A stretch of 64,000 nucleotides of DNA from the NCBI RefSeq assembly GCF_018977255.1, contig NW_024704742.1:36954001-37018000 (forward strand). Direction: 5' to 3'. This DNA comes from Callorhinchus milii (Eukaryota). The translations under genes were made by a program, and so were the position numbers. The notes beneath the pieces were generated by a model. That model made no database searches, was not told the origin of the DNA, and worked only from the letters and a program-made list of their open reading frames with translations. Shown one piece after another: positions 25,284-38,335 of this stretch (its first letter is position 1; the number at the start of each line of letters is the position of its first letter).

Positions 25284-28200
25284 TTTTTAATCACATACAT
25301 ATATTGTCTACATACACAGTAGCTTTAAAATCTTGAGTGCTTTTTTTCCATTAAATCTCAATTTTTAAAAGTCGAGGTGCTTTCCTGGGAGCTGGGCCTT
25401 GAGAAGCTTATCTTACAAAGCACTGCTGTAGGGATCGGATATACATCTAATCCTTACATCTTAACAAAATTGGTCACAAACAGTACAAAAAAAAATCAAC
25501 TGACCGAGTTTGTTTAAAATCAAACTTGACACAAAGTCATCACATCAGATATCAGTTGTGATTGCAGCTGACCCCCAGCACGATGGTGCGGTCTCCGAAT
25601 TAAATCTTATTGCACCGCCATTAAGTGAAAGTATCTGGACATATGAACACATTCTGAGCTCGACTGACAAATGGTTTAGAGAAGTCTCGATAAAAGATTT
25701 TTTTTTGAATTTTATTATTTTTTAACAAAATTCTCTTCCCCAAAACAAAACCTATTTGAAAACCCGATCAAGGTCAGAAAGACAAGAATATGTACTCAAA
25801 GATTACATGTATGACTTGTCTGTTACCCTTGACTCAATATATGTATGGTAGTGCATTGTGAGATTCACCGCACTGTTGAGCACGTCATTATTTCTTATTT
25901 AAACAATCTACGCAGTTAGTTTGTTAACTAATGTTTTTGTGGTCAGTTAATCAAATAATGATAATGCACTTAGAAAGGCATTACCTGGCTTTGGTGTTTT
26001 CCCTTTTTATTTTAGTAGTTTGATTGTCCACCCTCCAACGCCTCTCCGAACCCCATCCAACCTCTCCTAAACCTGTCTTCGCCAACCACTCTCCCTTTCT
26101 TCCAAACCCTCTCCCTCTCTTTCTCCCCTCCAACCCAGCTTGTTGCCCTCTGTCATTGTAATTGCTTATAAACACACCTCAGCCATCAAGAAGTTTTCTC
26201 CAGGGCAAACTAAGAATACCATTCCTCTACTTCTCTCTCCCCCAGACACCCCTTCCCATTCAAGTTGGGGCTCACTATTGCTCTGAAGAAAACTGAAACA
26301 TGTTGATATTGCTATGGTTGTTTAAACCATTTAAGTGCAGGGGTTTTTAACCATTGAAAATCCACATTAATTCATCATAACCCCTCCCCCCAATTCTAAA
26401 ATAAAAATCCGTATCTGTATGAGGGGAAGAGAAGTACATTCTGCTTAAGATGATCATTATAAAAATGTTTGACAATCTCTTGACAACTTCTGGAAACTTT
26501 ATAGTAATCCCCGCCCATTGTTAGTACAACCACATAATGTTTCACACATCTTGAGAAAAAGAAATATTCTGCATACTCTAAATAGACCTTTATGCCATGA
26601 AGTTCATAGGGGCATTTAGCTAATAGTCTTTTTGAGAAAAGAGTCAGACAGGATTCATGCAGAATGTTGTGTGATTATTATTTTTTTTAATTTTAAAACG
26701 TCAATCTTGTAAATGTAGACGTGATGTTTGAAACTATCTTATAAATGTTCTGTGCCTACAGCCGTGACCTGGAACTAACTTCACCCATGCAGTCTGCATG
26801 AAACTTTGCGGGTGAACAGTTTTGCAAGCACCTTTGCAGGAAAATCAGAAAAGAATTGTCCATTTACATCTTGTCAAGCCAGCGATATTAAAAGACAAGC
26901 CATTAGCAATAAGACGAGGAGTTAAGAGTGGTTGCAACATCATTCTTTAGTTATATGTAGTTATATTATGCTGGAAAATAAATGTAACTCCTCAGAGCAC
27001 ATCTTTCACGAGGTGATGTCCTTTGCTTATGGAGTTTCTGGGCTGCTGAATTCAACCCTTTCCTTCGGAAGTGTTCTGGACTTAATAGTCCTGTGCTTGA
27101 GGCACACTAATGTCAGCCCAACAGAAAAGACCAGAAGTCTTTTTAAAGAACTGAAATTAACATTGATCCATCAACTTATCCATACCTACAGTTTTGCCTA
27201 TGGACTGTATCAGTTAAATTGTGATCGTCAGGAGCACAATGATTAATAAATCCAGTAAATTATGAAGTTCCTACAATTAATCTCCACCAGTTTGCAAAAA
27301 AGGGAGCATTTCAATTCCAGTTGTCTGTTTATTGACTGAGCCCCTCAGGTGGACCAAGTGTAGGTGAACAGCGCCCACTTCAGCTGGAGCTTCGTGCTAT
27401 ATAAAATCTATGTCATGCTGGATACAAGCCTTGATTTCAGCACTGTTCTTGGTTCTTTGTTTCGTTCAATCCAATCTGGCAAGATTAGAATGGAAAAGGG
27501 ACTGTTTATTCTTGGGCACTATGACTGCAGTGATATTTGAGGGGTGTCTTCACCAACAATGTTATAGATTGAACTGGAAATACGTCTTTAGGAGAATAAC
27601 TGCTGCGTGGTGCACACATTGTGAGTGTTGTCACATTATAATACCATGCCTGGCTAATTTTTGCCCCTTTGTTATATGCAAACATTTGGTCAGTCGTTAT
27701 TTAAATATCAATCGCAATTCCATTGCTTACTGCAAAAACAAACTGTTTAGAACAGATTTATTCTGTTTCAGGATTTTGCATTAAACCACTGAGCATGTGG
27801 AGTAAGAGGCACAGCACAGGCAGGAATAGTTTCCTTCATAGCAAAATCACGGTCTGGGCTCGTTTGGTACTGTGGGCCTTCTGGACATACACTTACACAT
27901 AGTAATAATAAAGAAATCCTATAATAGTTGCACAATTACAGCAAAATGTAAGTGTTTCCTCAATTCCAATGAACGCTGCAATTGGACTGGCAGATGGAGG
28001 CAGATAAGTTCAATAGGACAGAAGGATATTTTGATAGTGTTACAAAGATGCTGTAACATAATACACCAAAGATTTTCACACAGCTATGTAATTTTTCTGA
28101 TCGGGATCATATCATAACTCACAAGTTATTGTTGGCAGAGAATCACCAAATATTAGAGAGGGAAAAAAGTAAGTTCCAAGCTGAAATGGAATCTCTGCTT

Positions 28201-29700
28201 AATATGGTAAATCGGCGGGTGGGGGGGGGGGGGGTTGGGGGAGGAGCAGGAATTGCAACATTCATAACCAATTCAATGTGATAAATATCACATTGAATCT
28301 GTGATCAATTATCACAATTTTTTTCCTTTTTTCAGTTATTATGGCTTCTGAAACTGCTGTTTTATTTACTGTGCAGTATTTGTGGAACTCACTGCCGGAA
28401 GCTGTGCTTGAAATAAATAACATGAATATACTTGAGAGAAAATGTGTTGCATGCAAGGGGAAGGGAATAGAGAGGTGAGGTATAGAAGAGGAAATAAGCG
28501 GAGTGGGGCCTCATGTGGAAAATAAAGACTAGCACAGCCTGGTTGGGTAAAGTGGCCTCTTTCTGGTATCACGCGATGTAATTTTATGGAGTATCCCCTT
28601 AGATGGTAAATCAAGTGCTCTGGAACGCTACCCTGTGAGGGGCACTGTATAAATGCAAGTTGTTGTGGTTATTGTTGTTAAGAGGAACAGCAGTACATAA
28701 CCCTCCAGCCCAGCAGTCATTGTGAACCAATGACCAGTATAGTAGCATCAACTGTCGCTAATAGACAAAATATATCACTCATGGACATCATTGCTTAGAT
28801 CGATCACTGGGGTTGAGTTGAAGTCTCAATAATTATTTAAATGAAATCTTTTTCAAGTGGCATTGAGTGTTGGAGGACTGTAAGGAAATGGGAGTACGCA
28901 GGTTCAATTTCTTCATTCCATTCAGATTCCAATAGGAGCCACACTAAATGGGAATGCACTGGGCAGAGGCTGTGCCAACATCCTGTGAAGAGTGGGAAAG
29001 AAGATGGAGTGGTTCAGCCTGGACAAAACTTTGAACCTTCGGGGAGCCACGCAATGAGGTACCAGTAGTACTTAGGACCAAGATGTCTTGCTGTATCCAA
29101 ACATCACAAGGAAATGAAGATCATAACATGTACTGTAGCTTAAAACAATTGTTTGGAATTGAATATCATTAAAAAGATGGGCAATGTAAAATCCGAGATT
29201 CTACTTGATATTCATCGATAGAGTGCATGACACCATCATGTCAGTGAGTGTGCAATCCAGATTACACTAACATCATTTTGTAGAATGGTCTGGAGAAAGG
29301 TAGAACCTACATACCTGATCAATGTAAACTATTCACCAAGAACAAACACAATGAATCTCAAGATGTTGCCTGCTCATGAAATTAGAAATCTGTTCTTAAA
29401 ACAAAATGTAAGGATGCCTGGATAGCAGTGAAGAAAGAACAGTTCATTCTGACTGGGTCAGACTGTTAACATTTCTAACCTAGCTAGTGCCTCTGCAATC
29501 TGATCAGCAGAGGGCAATAGCACTCAATTTTCAAACATCTCCATCGCAAATCTGAAAAATGCCAACACTTCAAATTAAGCTATAGATGATAAATTAACAG
29601 AAAATACCAAGCCTGGAAACCGTGTAAGAATCTTGCAAGTAGTATTTTGCACCAATTATATAATTACAATTAAAATTATATTTTCTATAAATTTATCATA

Positions 29701-30007
29701 AATAAATAATCCTTGCAATTGATATAGCGCTTTTCACATCTTCTAGACGTCTCAAAGCGCTTCACAGAATATACTGTAAAATGAATTAACTGTATATTTG
29801 TGGTAAAACGTGGCAGCCAATTGTACACACAGTATCCCACAAACAGTGGTGGACTGAAGTGACCAATTTATTATTTCTTTTCTTGAGGGATTATTACCAT
29901 GCGTGTGGAGTAAGGAAACTTGGCCAAGGTTTCGCCCTGCCAGGAATCAAACTCAAGTCTCTCGCTTGTGAGGCGAATGTTCTAACCACTGAGTTACAGG
30001 ATTCCAC
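29701..30007 (-). mobile_element. SINE, short subfamily, full length
   Basis: head, body, tail as 1861-2182. Confidence 0.85.
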
Positions 30008-31418
30008 ACTTGTTTATCATCACTTGTTTATAGAAATCCTGGACTGCAGTTCAAAAGATGATAGTCAATGGCAATGTCAAACTCCAGACAGATGCTACGA
30101 CTGATGGGCTCACTCTTTAAACTCATTCCTTCAACCATTTTGTGTGTCCTTGGTGTATTAGAAGACAAGACAAGGATGTTGTTTCATTTCAGAATAGGTA
30201 TTTGCCTTAATGTCATGTTGTGTCCCCAGCAGTTAGAGGGATGGACTCGGAGAAATGACTAAACAGGCTTGAAAAAGTTCTTCAGCCTTGAAAGGAAATA
30301 GCTCAGGCCAGGCCTTATACAAGCAAATACCATGCTTAATGGGATTGAAAAAGTAAATTCAGAATAATACTCCCATATACTCCAAGGTAGCAAAACAAAA
30401 GGACAGAGGTCCTACATGTGAACTTTTTTTTAAGACAGACACTGGGTTAAGTATTTCTTTAAACAACAGGGAATAAAGGACTGAAATGAGGTACTAGAAA
30501 GGTTGAAGTCAGGATACTGGACTCATTGAAGAAACAGCTGGAGTCTATAATGGGAAGATGGAGGATTGGGTGTTCTGGAGAGATGAGCAAAGAATCCTCT
30601 TTATTTGTGATCTTGTAACTTGTCAATTTTCCAAGTCAGCAGGAATGACCATCAATTCTTTCTGTGCTGTGTTTGTATTGTACCTTTGACTATTTAGAAC
30701 CATTTAGCATTAGTGAATGAAGTGTTCCCAAACCCAAACTGCTAATTTGAATTAAGTTTGATTTTGTAATATTTCATCAAGATGTCCCAAGTTCTTTAGA
30801 TACCCTGTTATCCAGTTATTTTCAATCTTCTCTGAAGAAATAGTCATTTTGCCTAAAAAGGATTTCTGCAAAGTTAATTTAGTTCAGACCAAAGCTGATC
30901 AAAACTGTCAATGTTGACAGTTTTGTCCTTTTGGCCTTATTAGTAACGTCAATCTTTCCTCTCAGTAAAAGTAGTTTCCAACTACGGTTGTATAGACTGA
31001 GGGTGTTTTGTGTGCCGTCCATATCACTGATGTCCTCAAGGTTGGTCTCTAATATTCTGCATCCAGCAGTTAAGCTTGTGTTTTAACTTCACACGTAACG
31101 TTAATAAAATTGGTTCTGATTAACATATGTCACAGCAATTCAAAATAATGCTTACTTGTGAGTAGAGAAGTCGTATCGCAGGTCCATGCAGGTTCAGCAT
31201 TTAAGGGTTTTAAAATTGCAGCAAAATTGTGCAGGTTCTTGGCTGCATACATTATGTACCACATAATAACCTACAACACATCTAGGTATATGTTCCCTTC
31301 CACTTTACAGTTATATATTTGGAAGTTTGGTCATGCACATCTACAGGCAAGTGCAACTAAAGAATCTGTTCAGCTGACGATGGTAAGGTGTGCAGTTAAT
31401 TTGTATGTGCATGTCTTT

Positions 31419-31424
31419 TTTATT
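31419..31424 (-). terminator. Candidate proximal polyadenylation signal of MAPK10
   Basis: AATAAA on minus strand about 1 kb after the stop, with two TGTA motifs immediately upstream. Confidence 0.45.
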
Positions 31425-32399
31425 TGACTACAAATACAGGTATGAACAGTAATTCTAGGATCTCTCAACTCAGATCACAAATCCTAACTGAATGTATGAT
31501 GCTCACTCCAGTTTATTTTTAAAGAGCTATCACCATCATCTGCAGAAGCATTTATTTATAACCTCTCAGTGAGAAAAAAACATATCATCCTCTTTACGGA
31601 TACTTTGTCATAATTTATTCGATTGCTTTAAATTTAGTTCAAGAAATGGCATTAGCAAACCAGATTTTAAACGCCACCTTTCAGTGTCACATTAGTTTAC
31701 AGAAATTGCAGTTTTTTTATGAAGACTGGGATTGTAATACAATTTTTTCTTGATGTTTGGCAGACTGTGACTCTAAACTAAACAGGACAGGTAGAAAGTA
31801 TACCGTCCCTTTAAACATTACCCTTTCTTTAGTCTACTTCATAGCTTATAAGGGAATGGTTTGTGACTCTGCGTATCCCATTAATTCTATTCATAGGAGA
31901 TAATTGCAGATAGAAGAGTTGCATTCAGTACTAAAAGGATTAATAATTTGTTTTTGATTATTCCCTTAGTTTCTATCAAGAATGCATGCGTTTTGAGATC
32001 CCGGGATTGAAGATCTTTTTGGAGTAATGTACAAATGGCCATTCATAGGAATATATTTATACATTGTGTTTATACTCAGCAAGTACATGAAGGGCAAAAG
32101 AATGTACACATATTGCATCTTTAAAGAGACAAAAGTGCATTTAGTTTTAACTATAATGCTGTATCTTTTCTGCTCATCTTGCCTTATCAAAGCAAGGGAG
32201 CAGGGCGCAAATTTATAACCACATATTTACATACTGTGAAATGGTGCTGCCTAGTACTCTTAATGAACTTCAGCCTCATCTGGAATGAGACGTAAGCAAA
32301 GCATTTTGACATAATATTTAAGCATCAAGTATATCCATGTTCCTTTTTTAAAGAGAAGTTCATTTTCCAAACAGGCGAGCTGAGTAATTAGTATGTGCA

Positions 32400-32444
32400 T
32401 CACGTTCTAAAGAAGAGGGGGTTTCGCAGGCAGGCGGCTAGTCA
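32400..32444 (-). other. MAPK10: Stop-codon readthrough extension of MAPK10 (X-LAACLRNPLFFRT*)
   Basis: TGA CTA G context followed by 13 sense codons and a second TGA at 32402-32400. Confidence 0.8.
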
Positions 32445-32584
32445 CCTGCAACAACCGAGGGGTCCCGCTGAAGTTTCCAGGCTGCTGTCAGTGTCCGAGG
32501 CCAGGGTCTGATCGGTTGACATAGATGAAATGTCATTTACTGATGAAGACGGAGGAAGGCTTTCACTGCTATTCACTGCTGCAC
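32442..32584 (-). CDS. MAPK10: MAPK10 last coding exon, long (p54-type) C-terminus [47 protein letters not shown]
   Basis: distal AG of ctcAGcgcAG; TGA at 32444-32442; this tail identifies JNK3 rather than JNK1/2. Confidence 0.95.
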
Positions 32585-32589
32585 CTGCG
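32573..32589 (-). CDS. MAPK10: MAPK10 last exon, short (p46-type) C-terminus AQVQQ* via acceptor 5 nt upstream
   Basis: proximal AG gives G|CG CAG GTG CAG CAG TGA. Confidence 0.85.
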
Positions 32590-34578
32590 CTGAGAAAATG
32601 AACGGTAAAGCCATAAAATCTGAGAACACAGCTGAACCAGGAGAAAACCTTCAATCTTACCTTCAGTCGACTGTAAAGAGCAGCGAAGCAATGGAAAGGA
32701 ACGTATTTGATTGTTTAATTGCCTAAAACATTATCCAGCCATGATAAAGAGAAACTACTTCACACCAGTGGTAGGCTGGCACCCCAAAAAGGCTTGGGAT
32801 TTTCAGATAAAATGGGGTACCAATTCATAGGAGGCACTGATTTGCAGGAGTGCCAATTTGGCTTGAAACCTCCACGTGTTTAAACATTTTGTCGAGACTT
32901 AAAGGTGGGGTGGGGGGGGGGGGGTTCTGGGGATCAATCTAACCCTCTTACATCTTCATCTTCAGGGGTTACTTTGGCGAAAATAAGGGTTTGACACTAT
33001 CACAAATCTTGGTTTTAATAGAAATGTTCCGGAAAATGGTTCAAACATTAAACATCTTTTAAAAAACATCATAAATAGTCGTAATAGTCGTAAAAAGTAA
33101 AGCACATTTTCCAGGAATCCTTTTTGTTGCAACAATTTTAATAAACCTATGCGCCCTGAAGTCTGCAAACTTGCCTCATGTCCTGCTTTAACAAGATAGT
33201 TAGGTTACCGATCATTTCTTCCATGCATTGCTGACTCAGAGCTCATTTAATTGGGAACAAAGTAAGTTCTGCACCAGGGAAAAGAATGGGTAAATGTTAA
33301 AAGTCCCCCAAAAATTCTAAAGAGCAAAAATAAGTGCATTAATTTGCTTCAGTTGTGAAAATTCTTCATTTCTGCGTGGCTTGCATTTTACTCCTGCTCT
33401 GTTGTAATTTATCATGCTAACTATTTAAAGAACACTGCTATTCTAAAACCATACACTGCTTTAAATTCACCACACACTCCCCATCCCCAACAAGGTCCAA
33501 ATCCTGAGGTTGGTTTTGCAACATAGGGGTTGATAAGCGCTCAGCAGGAAAACTACAGAGTGAATGAAATCTCACACCTGAAAAATGGACCTTGGGACAT
33601 AAAATGCTGCTACTGTAGGGAACTCCACATACACCTCACCAATCTGTGCACCTCGGCTCCAAGTCTACTTCAAGGTAGAAACTGAGCTTCCACAGGTTGG
33701 CATGATGTACAGAAGGTACTGTGCATGAGATGCATTTTATGTCCCGATGCGTATTTGTGTTTTACCTTTTAATTTAAGACATTCTGCCCTGCCATTTTTC
33801 CACAGAGTGTTTTTTTAACCAACCTTTTTTGACCAGTTAGTTGCTTGGGACCAGTTAGCTGTTTTCTTATTTTAAACCACAAATAAAATGTTGATCAAAA
33901 TCGCAAAATATATAATAAGGATTTTACCATTACCAGATTGAAATTTTTATGATTAACATTAAATACATATGCATATATGACGACAAGCCTGAATATCCCT
34001 CATTGAATTATTTTCTCTTCAGTAAACAGAATGTAACAAAATCAACACATTAATAATAATAGCCCTTGCATTTGATGTACAGAAGTGTTTTTGCATTTGT
34101 TTTTTTCATGTATTGTACAGACTTTCAATTCACAGCATGCCTCAAAGTAGCTCAGATTTTACTGTAAAGTGTAGTGATTATGCATTTTATGTCCTATAAC
34201 AAGTACCTCAGTTTAGAGCACACTCTAAACCAAATGTAGAGGTACGTTTGTGAAATAGTATTGCATTGGACAAGCAGAACATTTTCTGCAAGAATAGCCC
34301 TCACTGCTGGTCAGATTCAGAGCAAATGAACAAAGCGTTATCATTTTTCCACTGATAATCTGAAAATATTTTTTTTATATACTGCAATAATAACAGAAAA
34401 GGCGGAAATCTTTGGTGAAACTAACATTTCTGTGGAAAACATATTAAGAGATATCTGTTTTTGCAACGTACTTAAGATTAACCAACAAAACAAAGCAAGG
34501 AGAATTCATTTGTATGTCCAGAAGTAATATCCTGTGCAATTTTGGTTTATTATCTATGTACAGGGTCACTGGATTTAC

Positions 34579-34656
34579 CTGAGGGGGACGGCTGTCCCTT
34601 CACAACACCATTTTTAGTTTTCTCCTCGAAATCCATCACCTCCTTGTAGATCAATT
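34579..34656 (-). CDS. MAPK10: MAPK10 penultimate coding exon ([26 protein letters not shown])
   Basis: aaacAG acceptor, GTaaat donor; 78 nt; translated by hand. Confidence 0.94.
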
Positions 34657-35592
34657 CTGTTTATAAAAAGACAAAGCACTATTCAGCTCCAGAAGCCAGG
34701 CTTGCCAGTCAGTGTACCAGCCCAACAGTCACGCTGACCTCTGAACCCTCCTCTCAATAGCCAGTAACAAATTTCCACTGGCAGTAAACCTGCGCACTTA
34801 TACTTTTCACAATAGTATGAAATATTTCAATGATCTTCCATTTGTCTTCTGATGTTGAGATCATAACGGCAACCAACCTCTTACAGTATCGAACAGCATT
34901 CTGTCCTGGGAAATAGGAACTTCATCTAGTCTGAACCAATAAGATCATTTTTGTCTTAAAATATAAGATAGTACCGAATTGCAGAACATTCTTATACTCA
35001 GTCTTAATTTAGAAGCTGGTTTGGGTTTAAGAATTGCAAAATAAAACAATTTCCAAACTGCAGGCTGAGGCCAGGTGGGATTTGAGGTCTGTCTGATCAG
35101 TAAATGCATCCTGGATTATTGAAACAAATTAAATTGTTATAGATTTTCTTCTCTCTCCTTCCACAGTTTTTGGAAGGCACTACGGACAGGAATTTGGTCA
35201 TTTCCAAGAACATGTATTTTTTTTACAAATTGGTAGTGTAATAACTATAAATGAATCTTAACAACAAAGACTGGTAAATACATAAACAGTTTGGTACTGC
35301 TATCAGTCTGCCCTTGTTTATTCTATTCCCTTCCTTTGGCTGCAATTACGTACTGACAGTTTCACTTTGCAATGGATATTACCACCAGACAAAATCACTT
35401 AGTAACTGATAATACATTAATCTGTCCAGAGGAATAGTCAATGATTTTTTGTGTTTTTTTTTCAGTTTCAAACATGTCATTTCTTACTCAATGATGAAAT
35501 GTACCCTAACATTTCCCCACTATCAAATTTGCAAAGGAAATATAACATGACATATTTATATAATAATGTAGTAAATACCCGAGTTTTACTCA

Positions 35593-35982
<390 letters not shown>

Positions 35983-36371
35983 TTACAATATATTCTGTGA
36001 AGCGCTTTGAGATGTCACAAAGACGTGATAAGGTGCTTTATCAAATGCAAGTATTATTATTATTATTATTATACAAGTTCCTGAATTTGATTGTTTGAAT
36101 TAGCTGATGCCCACCTTGGTTGAATATCTCACTGACACTCATTTGAGTCTATTTTATGCTACTTGTTAAAAATAAGTCTTTTCAATATAACTTTGTAATC
36201 CCATTGTAAAGATCATCCTGCATGCAGAGATCACTGTTTTAACCATTTTTGTAAGAAAAAACCGACTGTTTAGGCTCATTTGGGATAATGGAATAAAACT
36301 ATAATATCCCACTGTTAGTCAACAACAAATTACATTTGTATTGCGCTGTTCAATACAATACAATTGTTCAA

Positions 36372-37248
36372 TACAATTTCCTACAGTTGAATGCGAACAA
36401 GATTGACGCCCTCCTGATTGGCTCACGCCAGCGCCTCAGCACCTCAGGCTCTGGCAGCATCAACCTCCATGGTTGCACATTACAACTCACCAGCCAGTCA
36501 GGAACCTGGGTGTCTTGTTCGACCCTCAACTGTCTTTTCTTCCCCACATTCAAGCCATGACTCGCTCTGCCTTCCCTCACCTCCGTAACATCGCCGAACT
36601 CTGCCACTACCTCACCCCTCAGGCCACTGAAACTCTTGTTCATGCCTTCATCACCTCCAGGCTCGACTATGCAAACGCCCTGCTTGTCAGCCTTCCCAAC
36701 TCCTCCCTCCACAGGCTGCAGATAATCCAGAACTCTGCAGCCCGTGTCCTCTCCCGCACCAAACTCCGTGACCGCATCTCCCCCATTCTCGCCCGACTCC
36801 ACTGGCTCCTTATCCTTCAGTGGATCCTGTTCAAGATCCTGGTCCTCACATACAAAGCCTTCCAGGGCCTCGCCCCACCCTACCTCTGTGACCTCCTAAC
36901 CCCCTACCAACCCGCCCGCTCCCTCCGCTCAGCCGGCTCTGGCCTGATCCACGTCCCCCGACCCACCTGCCCCACCATTGGCGGGAGAGCCTTCAGCCAC
37001 TCTGCCCCCAACCGCTGGAATTCCATCCCCCAGTCACTCCGCCTCATCCCCTCCTTAGCTTCCTTCAAGTCCCGCCTCAAGACCCTCCTTGTTGACCATG
37101 CAATCGGCCACCCCCCTTCCCCTGCCCTCCCTTCTCCCTACCCCCCCGACCCCAGCTCGGGTCTGAAATGCTGTACTCTGTCCAGCGCCTTGGGACGTCC
37201 TCCCGATCTGAAAGGCGCTATACAAATGTAATCTTGCTGCTGTTGTTG
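36372..37248 (+). mobile_element. 5'-truncated L2-clade LINE (ORF2 C-terminus plus tail)
   Basis: [32 protein letters not shown] motifs; tail gggacgtcctcccg...ggcgctatacaaatg + (TTG)n. Confidence 0.9.
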
Positions 37249-38335
37249 ATGTGGAGAGGACATCCCAAGACACTGAAGCAAATTTGTGAGGAAATACCAA
37301 AAAAAAAGCCCCAGAATAATGATCGTTAAAAAACACAGAAGTAAAACAAAATTAAGCTAAATGTTAAGCTTATTTTGCTCCTTAAGGACCAATTAAAACA
37401 GAAACTTTATTTTGAAATTAAGTTGAAGTCAATTACTTTTGATTATTTTTACACAGTAACTGCTTGCGGATCAGCACAAAAATGAAAGCAAGGAGACAGA
37501 TATTGCTAGACAAGCAATGCTGAGTAGTGATGGACGGTGAGTGGAGATACTCTTTCATGTGATAATTCTTTGATTTATACCAGCAGAGATTTTGCAGCTC
37601 AGACAATTTTAGTGCCAATCAGAGGAAGAGGTAATCAATACCTTGATAGGAAACCAATTGGCTTGCAATGTGTAATAAAATGTTAATACAGTCAGAAGAA
37701 TCACCAGATGTTATAAGCCCAGAGAGTGAAGCTTGATTGGTTTACAAAGCTAAGCGCTTTGGGACATTCCCCTGACATGAAAGGCACTACGTAAATGTAA
37801 ATTTGTATTGTATTTGAAATTTGTGTATTGCATCTCAGTTGTGAGAGCTCATTATCCAAGTAGCTGCTATATTTGCAACCTTCCCTTTTGTGATTCAGGG
37901 GATTTAAATTTCTCATAGTTTTAGCCTTAAGGCCACTGTTTTGAAATTTAAGATTCTGTCAAATTTTGGAGAATTTCTAAAGTCACTCTTAATTTGGAAG
38001 CCATTGATCTGATCACTAAAAAGTCAACACTGATATGAAAATAATAAGAGTATGACATTTAACCCCTTCTTATGCAGATCAATTCTGGGAAAGCAAAATT
38101 AAACATAAAATATAAACAACAGCTCAATGCAGGTCACACAAAATCCCAGTACTAGAACCCTGAGAGAAATAAACAACCTGTAGAAGAGCGCCACCTGCTG
38201 ATTTCCTTAACACATTGCTAAATAAGTTTAGGAATGCTTTATAGAATACCGCAAATTTTAACTATCTCAATTGACCACGCAGTTTAGATCAGGAATACAC
38301 TGAGTCAGAAATCATGTACAAGAAATATCTAAATT

